A stretch of 64,000 nt of DNA from Macrostomum lignano (Eukaryota), in the NCBI GenBank assembly GCA_002269645.1, contig NIVC01002724.1, forward strand, positions 1 through 64,000. Reading direction: 5' to 3'. Below the pieces are notes generated by a model. That model had not been told where the DNA came from and ran no database searches. It saw only the letters and a program-made list of their open reading frames with translations. The position numbers and the translations under genes are program-made. Below, in pieces: positions 1 to 25,436 of this stretch; within the stretch, counting starts at the first letter, position 1; every line of letters starts with the position of its first letter.

Positions 1-287
1 TCAGATATTCAGCAGAGTTGGTATCCGCAGTAGCAGAAGTGAATTAATAACATTAAATAAAATTTGCTTTGATAAATAATAAAGGCTAACAAAGTGCTTG
101 GTTCCATAGATGAAAAAAGACCAAGAAACGCAGGAATATAGTGAGGTGTTTATTAACGAGACAGATTCAAGCAGATGGCTGCATAAGCACAAAGATCTTA
201 TGGCGGAAAAAAATCAATGCAATTGTAAATTTGTTTAACACAAAAACCGCTTACCGACGCAATAAATCATACACGGAACCGCGACTC

Positions 288-1165
288 ACTGAAGCATTTG
301 GGGGCAGAGAGGGCGGCTCACTGAAGCATTTGGGGCAGAGAGGCGGCTCACTGAAGCATTTAGGGCGGAAGGGCGACTCACTGAAGCATTTGGGGGCAGA
401 GAGGGCGGCTCACTGAAGCATTTGGGGCAGAGAGGGCGCTCACTGAAGCATTTAGGGGCGGAAGGGGCGACTCACTGAAGCATTTGGGGGCAGAGAGGGC
501 GGCTCACTGAATTAACTTGAATGGGGGGCGGCTCACTGAAGTATCTAGGGCGGAGGGGGCGGAAAGGCGGCTCACTGAAGTATCTAGGACGGAGGGGCGC
601 TTACTGAAGTATCTAGGGCGGAGGGGGCGGAAAGGGCGGCTCACTGAAGTATCTAGGGCGGAGGGGGCGGAAAGGGCGGCTCACTGAAGCATTAGGGCGG
701 AGGGGGCGAAAAGGGCGGCTCACTGAAGTATCTAGGGCGGAGGGGGCGGAAAGGGCGGCTCACTGAAGTATCTAGGACGGAGGGGGCGGCTCACTGAAGT
801 ATCTAGGGCGGAGGGGGCGGAAAGGGCGGCTCACTGAAGTATCTAGGGCGGAGGGGGCGGCTCACTGAAGTATCTAGGGCAGAGGGGGCGGCTCACTGAA
901 GTGTCTAGGGCGGAGGGGGCGGCTCACTGAAGTATCTAGGGCGGAGGGGGCGGCTCACTGAAGTATCTAGGGCGGAGGGGCGGCTCACTGAAGTGTCTAG
1001 GGCGGGGGCGGCTCACTGAAGTATCTAGGGCGGGGGGCGGCTTACTGAAGTATCTAGGGCGGGGGCGGCTCACTGAAGTGTCTAGAGTGGGGGCGGTTCA
1101 CTGAAGTGTCTAGGGGGGGCGGCTCACTGAAGTGTCTAGAGTGGGGGCGGAAAGGGCGGCTCACA
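288..1165. repeat. GC-rich minisatellite, core GGCGGCTCACTGAAG(TATCTAG), variable ~27-40 bp units
   Basis: Direct inspection. Confidence 0.9.
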
Positions 1166-1307
1166 GAAGTATCTGCGGCACCAAAGCAAAGAAAGCAAAA
1201 CATCAAGCTGGAAAATTGCAAGCCAGATTTGAACACGCAAATTTGTGCTGAATATGAGAATATACGGCACCAATTTTTATAACTCTTAGTTATGCAAACG
1301 AAATACA

Positions 1308-1313
1308 TTTATT
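1308..1313 (-). terminator. Candidate S6K polyadenylation signal AATAAA
   Basis: tttatt on the plus strand ~610 nt past the stop codon. Confidence 0.45.
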
Positions 1314-1514
1314 CTGAGCAAAGTCAGCTAAACTCACGACAGCAAAATAAGATTAAAAATTGAAACACAAGATGGAATTATGCTAGGAAAATTTCAATTC
1401 GCCAAGCCATTGAAGCCAGCGTGAAAGCCATTAAGTTAAGAAAACGATACATAAATTTCTTTGAAAAATTTTTTAGATTATATTATTATAAAGTAGCTTA
1501 CTATTAGTCGCTTG

Positions 1515-1858
1515 AACCGAAATATACGCATACAAAATAACTTTTACCAGTCATGCGCGCAATAAGCCTACTATCAGTAGCTTAAGCCGAAATATACGCA
1601 TACAAAATAACTTTTACCAGTCATGCGCGCAATAAGCCTACTATCAGTAGCTTAAGCCGAAATATACGCATACAAAATAACTTTTACCAGTCATGCGCGC
1701 AATAAGCCTACTATCAGTAGCTTAAGCCGAAATATACGCATACAAAATAACTTTTACCAGTCATGCGCGCAATAAGCCTACTATCAGTAGCCTAAATGCA
1801 TACGGACATAACAAATTCTACTAGCCATGCGCCCAATAAGCCTACTATCAGTAGTTTC
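1515..1858. repeat. 70-bp tandem repeat, 4 near-identical copies plus 1 degenerate
   Basis: aatatacgca recurs at 1521, 1591, 1661 and 1731. Confidence 0.95.
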
Positions 1859-1925
1859 AACGCGTTAGTGCATTTTTTAGAATATTAGACTCAGTCAATT
1901 ATTTAGATACCAGTCCATATGGTTA

Positions 1926-15565
<13,640 letters not shown>

Positions 15566-16829
15566 GGTTAGCAGTTAGCAGGTAAAAGGCCTAGGCCTAG
15601 TAAAAATACTAGGACTCGACCAAGTTATATTCACAAATTTACTTAAAATTTAATATAGTTCAGCTTCAGTTCAAGATTCCAAGTTTTATAAATGTAATGA
15701 GAACTGCGACAAAGTTAGTTCCTATATATTAGGCGTAAACGCTAGCAGTTAAAGACAAAAAACGAACTAGAAAAGTATAACGCGTGATGTAAGTAAGAAA
15801 CCAAGGCCCACAGAAAGACAGCAAATATTCCATTCGATTTGACTAATGACGTTCGGCTGTTAGTTCTTATTCTCGGGCGTCATATCATTTTTTCACGCGA
15901 GATGAACTCCATTTTAAAACTATTACAGGAAAAAAGTCAACATAACAAATGAATAAAATCAGGCTTTTTTGTGTAGCTTTTTATATTTTTCTTTATTAGT
16001 TGACTTTATAAAAATATTTTTGATACAAAATTTTTGAAAACATGTTAAATAGTAATAATTTCGTTAACTTTCATCATCAGCCTAGTCAAGTTCATTCAGT
16101 GGTTCAGGTCAGGTCAGGTCCAGGACCAGTGTACCACCGCACGCGCAGCGCGGACGGAGTAGGCCTATCTGTTATTACGGTATACAACTTATTACGTCTA
16201 CTATCCTATGTAGGCCTCAAGGACCACTAGGAACACTTCGTTATATAAGGATGTAGGGGGCCTAATACTCGATTCGTGTAAAAATCAGTTGAAGGCCGAT
16301 TTTCGTTCTCGTATACATTAGTGAGATAGACGAATTGCTGCATGATTTTCAACATAATGTGCTTTTTGAGGAAGCGTACGGCTAGGCCTACTAATTTCTG
16401 TAATTTTGCAGTGTGTAACCAGAAACACTTAGCTAAATTATATATTATTTCGTCCGTGGTTTAGGCCTAGTCATATTATTAGGTTATTTACCGTTTTTTA
16501 CATTGACTTGACTAGGACAAACCTAGTAATAAATTATACTTTATAGGCCTAGATCTATTTGATTTCTAGCTATTCATAACCCTAACTGCCTTAACTAACT
16601 TATGCATATTGTGTTTTTATTTTTTATGTATTTAGCCTAAATATTAAGAACTAAGAAGCTTATTGCCTATTGGGCTAGGCCTATATTTAGTTTAGTTGTT
16701 GCCTTATTAGGTAGGCCCTATGGAATGTCACTATAAATGTCACTGGCTTTAGTGGGCTAGTGGGAGGGAGGGAGTTCATTTTTACGGAGAGGATTTCGAT
16801 GGATTTGGCACATTAAATGAGTCAGAGAA

Positions 16830-17520
16830 GAGTCATCATCTCACAAAGGAGAGATGATAGAAAAGAGAGTAGATATGAGAGAGGACAGATTAGAGATAAC
16901 AGATGGGAAAGAAAAGGAGAGTAAGGTAGGAATGAAGAGGCAAAGAGAAGAGAAGAGGAGAGAGGAGTTATGAGATAGCAGAGAGGAGACAGGAGAGATG
17001 AGAGAAGAAAGGAGGGATAAGAGCATACAGCTGAAATAAAAGAGAAGAGAGAGATGAAATATCAGAAATGAGAGAGTTAAGAGAAGAAAGTAGTGAGGAG
17101 AAAGAAAGAGGGTAAAGATAAGAGTGCAGAGAGGACAGATGAAAGATGCGATGAGAAAAGATATGATTGAGAAAATAAGAGAGAGAAGAGATTAGAGAAG
17201 AGAAGAGACAAAGGGGAGAAGATAGAATCGAGATGGTAGAAAGGAAGCAAGAAAGATGGGAGATAAGAAAGGAGAGGGTATACAAGATATGATAAACAAG
17301 AGCAGAGAGGAGAGAGAAAAGAGAAGAGAGAGGGTATAGGAGAGACATGAGATATGAGAGAGGAGAGAAGAGAGGAGAAATAAGAGAGAAGAGAGGAAAC
17401 AGGAGACAGGAGAGGGTACAGATGAAACACGAGGGAGAAGAGAGTAACAGCGAGAGTGCAGAGAAAAGACATGAGAGTCTGAGTCTGGACAATGGAAGTC
17501 AGTTTTTGCAAACAGGGAAA
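16830..17520. repeat. AG-rich polypurine low-complexity tract
   Basis: Direct inspection. Confidence 0.85.
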
Positions 17521-17624
17521 ACAAGATATGGTATTTGAAAGGCTTTACAGAGGATTTTAAGACAATTTAAAATCTGCACCCCCCGTCAGTAGTAAGTAAG
17601 ACAATTTAGAATATGGGATTCAAG

Positions 17625-17780
17625 ACAACTTAGTTCCTCCCGATTGCGACTTAGTTCCTCTCGATTGCAACTTAGTTCCTCTCGATTGCGACTTAGTTCC
17701 TCCCAATTGCGACTTAGTTCCTCTCGATTGCGACTTAGTTCCTCTCAATTGCAACTTAGTTCCTCCTGATTATGACTTAG
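17625..17780. repeat. 21-bp minisatellite GACTTAGTTCCTCTCGATTGC
   Basis: ~7 copies. Confidence 0.9.
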
Positions 17781-18454
17781 CAACTTAATTTCACTTTGTA
17801 AATGAATTTTCTTGCCTTTTTCTCTTTCTTTCTCCTCTTTCCCCTTCTCTCTCTTCTTTCCTTTCTTTTCCTTTTCTCTTCCCCTCCTTTCTTTCTTTTC
17901 TAAATTTTTCATTTTTTGCATTTTCGATTTTGCAACTTACCTTGGCCAGCAGCCATTTCACCTGTCCGGTTTGGACAAGTTGGACGGGTGTTGGGCATGA
18001 ATGATTAGCTATAAAAATAATTGTTATGGCATTTTGTTATTTATATGGTCAACGTAACAATAACAACTGCCTATTATGACTTTGTCTTCATTTAAGAATT
18101 ATCTTGTTATCCTGGCCATGTGAACCAAGGTTCTATAGTCTATCCTACTACCACAGCTGAGCCCACATCCCACATATAGATATAATTGCTATTTGGAAAC
18201 TGCTTGGCAAGCCACAATAGATTATATATTTGCAGCAACTATTAGTATATAGCAGCTGTGACTTTTTGGCCAATTAGCATAAAGATTGATAGCATCTAAT
18301 ATCTAAGAAGACAATGCTGAGAAACATAACAGCTTAAGCTATTGCATGCTTCATGGTAATGATGCTAGCAACCTTGGGACTAGTGTCATTGGCAGATAAA
18401 AGGATTCTATCATTGTAATGGTTGCATATTAAGTCAACTGTAAACAGCTAAAAA

Positions 18455-18620
18455 TTAAAATGTCTATGTGTATGTGTGTATGTGTGAGATAGATTCCAGA
18501 AAAAATGGCTCAACCGATTTTCATTAAACTTGCATCATTCGATCAGAAATTTTCCTGGGACGGTACATGCATCCTGGCTAAGAAATTGCTCAATGTTAAA
18601 GGGACTAAATATTCTAAAAA
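18455..18620 (+). mobile_element. Possible Helentron/DINE-like non-autonomous element fragment
   Basis: ATGT/GTGT microsatellite followed by aaaatggctcaaccgattttcattaaactt, a layout typical of such elements; ends not found. Confidence 0.3.
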
Positions 18621-18914
18621 TATGCTTTTTTGCAAAGGTCAAGCAAAACTTTCAATCTGAAATGCATTGTAAAAATGCTAGAGAAAAACCTGACTGAATT
18701 TCAATTCTGATAAAGATTGCATCACAACAGGTTGAAAATGGTGTCAAAGAAATGCACACCCGACTTGATTGAAATTGCGTAACCATATTGCTAACTTAAA
18801 TTGGGACTGATACTGGCTGACTGAGAAATTGATTATGTCATAACTTTTTACTCCATTTGACTTGCTGTAAGTATCGAATTATAAGGGCCACAATTCATGT
18901 TCTCAAATTAAAAA

Positions 18915-18982
18915 GAGATAGCCTAGATGCGAGCAGACTGGACTGCTAATGTAGTGACCTGGGTTCGAATCTTAGTAGAGCA
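18915..18982 (+). pseudogene. Degenerate tRNA-derived (Ser-GCT-like) SINE head or tRNA pseudogene
   Basis: ggactgctaat anticodon-loop-like segment and B box ggttcgaatc; the stems do not close. Confidence 0.35.
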
Positions 18983-19019
18983 AAATAATTTTTTTATTGA
19001 AACACCTTCAAAACACAAA

Positions 19020-19580
19020 ATGTCAAACATAAAAGAGCCACCATGTAAAACATATACGTGACTGGATGTTGAACATTAAAGAGCCAATTTTTTGAATATT
19101 AAAGAGCCACTATGTCAAACATTAAAGAACCACCATGTAGAACATAAAAAACAACCATGTCTAATATAAAAGAGCCACCATGTCGAACATTAAAGTGCCA
19201 TCGTGTCGAACATTAAAGAGCCATCATTTTGAACATAAAGGAGCCACCATGTCGAACATAAAAGAGCCACTATGTTGAACATTAAAGAGCCACAATGTCA
19301 AACATTAAAGAGCCACCATGTCAAACATTGAAGAGCCACCATGTAAACATTAAAGAGCCACCATGTCAAACATTAAAAAGCCACCACATCAAACATAAAA
19401 GAGCCACCATGTCAACTATAAAAGAGCCACCATGTAAAACATATATGTGACTCCATGCCAAACATATACGTGACTCCATGTCAAACATATACGTGACTAT
19501 GTCAAAAGTATACGTGACTCCATGTTAAACATTAAAGAGCCACTATGTCAAGCATAAAAGAGCAACCATGTCAAACATGA
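19020..19580. repeat. ~23-bp minisatellite CATTAAAGAGCCACCATGTCGAA
   Basis: Direct inspection. Confidence 0.85.
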
Positions 19581-19925
19581 TTCTTGCTATCTGGGGTATG
19601 CTTGCATGCTATCTGGGGATGCTTGATATTAGGGAGGCAAGAAGCTTGCTCTTAGAGGGGAGGGGTACTTGCTATTTTTGGGGAGGGGTACTTGCTATTT
19701 TTGGAGAGGGGTTGCTATCTGGGTGATGCTTGCTATCTGGAACATGCTCTTGAGATTGTATTTGGGGGTGCTTGCTATTGTATTTGGGGTGGAAGGGCTT
19801 GCTATCTGGGGGATGCTTGCTATCTGGGGGATGTTTGCTATTTGGGGGATGCTTGCTATCTGAGGTATCCTTGCTATCTGGGAGATGCTTGCATGCTGTC
19901 TGGAGATGCTTGCTATCTTGGGATG
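19580..19925. repeat. Degenerate ~18-bp repeat TGCTTGCTATCTGGGGGA
   Basis: Direct inspection. Confidence 0.8.
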
Positions 19926-20650
19926 TTTTTTGGAGGAAATGTCTGTTATTTTTTCGTTGTCTATTTGTTACTTGTAAAGAAAACAAATATTCTATCCAGA
20001 TGTCCCCCATTGGGGGGCAAAGATTGCTAGTCCATATACTAAAAATGAAAATCTTGTCTTATCTAAAAGACAATAGTCTAACTAGAATCATAGTCTGATC
20101 TAGTTTAACAAATCATCTTGTTAAACTAGAACTAAAACAACATGTTAAACTAACAAATCAACTTGTTAAACTAAAATCATATTGTTAAACTTGCTTTACC
20201 TTTTGTACAACTGTACCTTAATGACAAGTGGCTAAGTCTTGCAAACCACAGAGTGCCAATACCAGTCAGCCTTTACTAGTCTATGCATTGACAGATATTG
20301 GCACCATTCTATGCTTAGCTGCCAAGTCCAAGGATCATGGCAAATCATGGCTTTCACAATAGCAATTGTCTTAGCAATGTAGGCCTAAGCAGATTGTGGG
20401 CAACCACTTCCTAGCTTATAATAGATGTGGCCTTGGCATTGGATTGTTACTTATATGTAGTAAACTGTTGCTAATCTAATCTCAAATTGTAATTAGATTG
20501 TCTTAAAAATTAGAGGCATCATCACATAAAACAATTTGATAGCACTTTGCCACAAAGCTTGTTGCTTGCTTATAATCAAAGTAAATGAGAAAATTTTGAT
20601 ACTATATTAGTATATGAAAGCTAAACAATTGTAGATTGTTTTTTTCATGA

Positions 20651-22869
20651 TGATGTAACCACGCTCTGGTCGCGGGATAGGGCATGGGAACTTTTTCGAA
20701 AGTGCCTCCTATCCTGTGTACCCTCTGCACAGAGCTGTCGAGACTTGGCCAGGTCTCCGCCCAGGCCTGGAGACTCCCGCTCTGCTGCCCCCCCCTCCTA
20801 CTGCCTTGGTTCCGTCTCCCCTGCCGCCACACCTGCCTTTCCGGAGCTCCCTGTCCCTCTCTGTACCCTCCCCTCTACCTTATCTCCCCTGCACTCCACC
20901 CTATTCTTCTTGTACTCTCCCTTTCCCCCCTCTTTTTGTCTCTCTCTGCACTCTTTTCCTGCGCTGTCCCCTCCTTCTCTGTGTCTACTTACAGTATTTT
21001 GTGTGCTCACCGTCTCCCCATCCCCTCCCAAACTCCCAAACGGTGACGCAAGTCGTGTGACCCCTTCTTCCCCCCGATGACTCATCGATGACTCATCCCC
21101 CTCTCTTGCGCAACCTTTTCTCATGCCATTGTTCTCCTCCCCAAATTTCTCATGCGACACCCACCCCACCTCCGCTTCTATTGTTCTCGTTTTTGCTTCT
21201 TTTGTTCTCTCGACCCCCACCAATTATCACATTTTCTCCAATTTTCTCTTTCTTTTGTTCTCGTTTTCGCACCTAATTATCACCTTTTCTCCAATGTTTA
21301 CTTTTCCATTGTTCTCAGTTTTCCCCAATTATCCCCGATTTCCAATTCCTTTGTTCTTGACCCCAGCCCTATTGTTCTCAATGTTTGCTTGTGCAACACT
21401 TTCGCGACCACCCGCTGCGCCAATTATCCCCCCACCCCACCTCCGGATTGCGCAATTTCCCTATTTCTCATGTTGCTATGCCGGTCTCATGCTTCTCATC
21501 ATGACTCATTCTGACGTCATTTTGCCGGCAGCCAATCAGAGAGAGGGAGCCATGGTAACGACCTTGAGGAGGCGGCTGTGAGGTCTATAAAAGGAAGCGA
21601 TTTTGGCATGAGAATCCTCAACCTTTCTTCCTCTCCTCGTCCTTCTTTGGACTTGCAGTCAGATTGAGTTCTGACCCATTCGTCTATAAGACGAATCCCT
21701 GCCGGTCCGCGGTCTGTTACCGCCAAGCTATCCTTCGCTCCCCAAGTGAGCTCGCCTATCGGCCAGCAGTCTGATACCGCCCAGCATCATCAGCATCGCC
21801 TGATCTACATCAGCGCCTCGTCGCTCCAGCGCATCGCCGCTTCACTGTCTGCCTGACTGCAGCCTACAGCCGCCCTCGGTCACTCCGCCTCTCTCTCTCT
21901 CTCTGTGCAGCCGCCGGTAAGTTCCTGTTACTAATTTGTGCTCTAATTGCCTTTGCTTATCCGGGGTTTGCCGATTTTCCATTGTCTGATTAGAGAGCTG
22001 AGCCAATTGTGATACCGTATCTTCTGCTGTATTTTACTCAATAGTGAAGCCGCCTAATTGCCTGATTATTCGCCTAAGGGCCTAATTATTAACTATTACA
22101 TGTAACTAACTTCATCATTATTCAATCTTTCACCATCATTTGACTCATGGCTTGCTAAGCCTTCCTCCCGGGGTGGCAAAGCATAAGGAAGTTTGGGTAA
22201 GCTAATGGCCTCTCCCCGTGCAAAGCCCGCCTGTGAGTGCGTGCTGCGGGGCCGCGTGTGCGTGCAGTAGAGGGATTAGCAAGTCTTGGCACAGAATGGC
22301 AGTAGGAAGGTTGCAACCCCATGCTGACGCGTCCCTTCGCCCTGAGCAATCTAAACTGTAGACAGTACATGTTTGCCTCATACTACTCTTAGTAATCAAA
22401 GTCGCAAGTCAGCCTCGCTCACAGCCACAAAGGATCCCCTGCTGAGAAATCCTCCAGGATTGAGCCCAGAGTTCCCAATCATGCCCCAAGCAGAGTCCCT
22501 GTACTCGGCTGCATGCGTCTCCCCTGTTAGCCTAAATCCCCTGGTAACCAATCCAGGCGGGGCTCTAGCCTCGAGAGGTCTGGTAGAAAGATCCAGGTGC
22601 GCCAGGTCACATAGAGTGGTGGCAGCCACTCGGTCATACCATGACCGAGTGACCAACTATTGCACCTTGGCTACAGGTGGGGTCCATGTGGGTCCTTGGC
22701 CCTCTGGTCACGAAGCGCTACCAAAGCTACTAATCATGTGGGCGGGACAGTCTGGTGCTGGAGGTCCGTCAGGTCATTGCCCGGTCATAGGCAGCCTATG
22801 GTCATTGCCCCCTCTAGTCATGCGTTCGTCTCTCTATGGAGTGGACAGGCGACAAGGGCGGTTACATCA
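20651..22869 (+). mobile_element. Solo LTR (or internally deleted LTR element), 2219 bp
   Basis: Termini TGATGTAACC...GGTTACATCA form a perfect 10-bp inverted repeat (TG..CA); 4-bp TSD ATGA at 20647-20650 and 22870-22873; GC-rich relative to the flanks; internal Pol II promoter. Confidence 0.85.
21500..21595 (+). promoter_or_regulatory. LTR core promoter: AP-1, CRE, CCAAT, TATA
   Basis: TGACTCA 21502, TGACGTCA 21512, AGCCAATCAG 21530, TATAAAAG 21586. Confidence 0.7.
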
Positions 22870-24914
22870 ATGATAGACACAAAAATTGATTGAAATTAAA
22901 AAAGCAAAAAAAACAAAATTTTCATGTTTGATATACATTAGTACTCTTAAATACTAAATTGTTTTGGTTTTTTTATAATTTAAAAATAATTTCCCAAGTT
23001 TTTGTAAAAACCCAAGATTATTCAAGACAAGAAAAAAAGATGTTATAGATGTTAATGTGTTATGGTTCTATCCTATAAAATGATCTCATTGCTATCACTA
23101 GGCCCTAAGTTGATATAGAGGACAGGGGTTACTTCTGCCTTCTAGAGTAATCCTATTGTTATTAATGCTAAAGTTGTTATTTATCTTATTATTTATGTAC
23201 TTCTTTCATGTATTTATCCTTTGGTAGCATATATATTTATCTATTGGTAGCATGTGTTTATCTACTAGTAGCATATATAATTATTTATTGGCCTGAATAA
23301 TCCTATGGTACTGTCTACTCTATTCTTATATATATCCCCTTATTCTATTCCTCTAAAGGGTTTTCTTTCAGTCTTGGGCATTCCTGGGATTAGAGGATCA
23401 TGGCTTACACTTTGCTAAGTTTACTGCCCTAGGGCAAAGTTTTTAGACTATATATCTAGATTAGTCTACCCTTTTGGTAGATGTTCTGCCTTCTAAGGCA
23501 AGTTGCTAGATTCTAAAGAATGGATCAAATCCCTTTTTGGTGCTCATTTTAGGTTGCTATCTACTATTCAAAAGAAGTAACATAAGAGTGAATACTAGCC
23601 CTGAGGCTAATTGAATTTTGTCTCCAAAAAGAACAAACAACTGGAGAAATTATTAGCATGCTTGAAAGAACTGCAATTTACAAGAATAGTTATCATTTAA
23701 CAGTTTATTTGGTTAGGCTTTCAGTTGGCTTCTATTTTATAATAAACTTTTTGCTTACTTTTTTAATCATAACAACATATAAAATATACAAAATATATAA
23801 AATATTTCAAATATGTGTATGATATAACAAAATAATGCAATTTTGAAATTATTTTTGAAGAAATTGATCTACTAAAAGTGAAGCCTTTTACAGACATTAG
23901 AGTCTTAAAACACTTTTTACAAATCCCTAATGCATTTATTAGGGCCTAATAGTAGAATATAAGATATTCCAATACTAATTAATAGTACAGATACTTTTTG
24001 CTTTACAATTATTGACTATAACTGATAATTTAGCAATAAAGAATGACCTTAATATTAAATATATATTTTTTATACTTTAGTTTCTAAAGATCTAATATTA
24101 TTAGCTCATATGAATGTAACTATATAAAATGAAATTTTCAATGGTAAAATATTTTTTTTATAAATAATAAGATAGTTGATAAAAAATCAATATGCATTAT
24201 TTTTTAAATAGAAAAATTGTCTTTTTAATATAACTTGTATTTTCTTTGTCTTTTGTATAAATTTTACAATTAAAAAAAGCTAAGAGTGTGCTTGTAAATA
24301 TAAAAAGTTGTTTATAAATGATTATTTTTTTTTAATAAAAATAGCATTTATTTTACTAAAATAGTATAAATACCTATTTTTCTAAATTTTTTATAGGATT
24401 ATAAGAGCCATAGTGATAATTTACAATGAAACACTATTGGTATCTAGATATCATCAGCTGGTTGACATGCCAGCCAAGGCAAGTAGGTATAGAATTAAAC
24501 AATCAAGCACTAAACTTTTTTAAATGTTGTTCACAAGACAAGAGCTTGAATATTAAATCTATAAAACAAAGAAAAAATATAGGAAAGTTAAGGAAAAAAA
24601 CTTATGATCACAGAAACAAATAAATTAAAAAAAGGCATTAAATGGTTGAGGCAAGAAAGAGAAAAAACTTGAATTACAAGCAGAGAAAAGCAATATTGCA
24701 AAAAATCTCGACAGATGGATGTATATTGCAGTTTGATGAAGAACTATGTTGCACCAGCCAGGTAAAATTCAGAAAGTTGAACATGCATGACTACAATTCA
24801 AGCTGGTTAACTTGAAATTTAATTTTTCCTAAAACTGGAAATGATCAATTCTCTTTTGATGCAAGAATAAAACAACAATTTTTGCTACAATCATTAGTTT
24901 GAACAAGAAATACC

Positions 24915-25436
24915 ATGGCTGACAAAGAGAAAGCTGACAAAAAGAAGCAAAAGAAGGAGGCTGAAAAAGCAGCCAAATTGGCCAAGTTTCAAGCCAAGAA
25001 ACAGTTAGAGGAGCAGCAGAAAGCCGCTGCAGCAGCTGCTGATGGACAAAAGCAATCAAAAAAGAAGAAAGCTGGCAAGCCAGAGAAGCCAGCTGGTCCA
25101 GCTGAGTACAAGTGGGAGCACGAGCCCGGGCAGCGTAAGAACACAGCCTGTCCCCTACCAGAGGCCTATGAGCCTCGCTATGTTGAATCTGCCTGGTACG
25201 AATGGTGGGAATCTAAAGGCTTCTTCAAGCCCGAATATCAACAGCCAGATTTTACTAAACCAAATCCCAGAGGTATATTTATGATGGTGATTCCGCCGCC
25301 GAATGTCACAGCTGGCCTGCATATTGGCCACGCGTTGACTAGCGCTATTGAGGACACCCTAACTAGGTGGCACCGGATGCGGGGTGAGACCACCCTGTGG
25401 AATCCCGGATGCGATCACGCTGGCATTGCTACGCAG
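24915..25436 (+). CDS. VARS1: ValRS exon 1 (K/E-rich N-terminus, HIGH motif)
   Basis: In-frame TGA at 24900 just upstream of the ATG; donor CAG|gtttgt. Confidence 0.93.

Noticed and set aside
20099-20130. 13-bp perfect hairpin tctagtttaacaa...ttgttaaactaga
   Set aside because: It arises from short inverted ttgttaaacta units in AT-rich sequence, with no associated element.
20600-22893. ORFs inside the LTR as possible gag/env
   Set aside because: They are short, Pro/Ser/Leu-biased and carry no retroviral motifs; no PBS or PPT was identified inside the element.
24426-24900. Upstream coding exon giving ValRS an N-terminal GST domain
   Set aside because: The sequence is AT-rich with stops in the frames I checked, has no GST-like motif, and has an in-frame TGA at 24900 between the best acceptor and the ATG.
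24915-25100. Mitochondrial ValRS (VARS2) assignment
   Set aside because: The N-terminus is K/E/Q-rich and acidic, with no Arg-rich amphipathic presequence, which fits the cytosolic enzyme.
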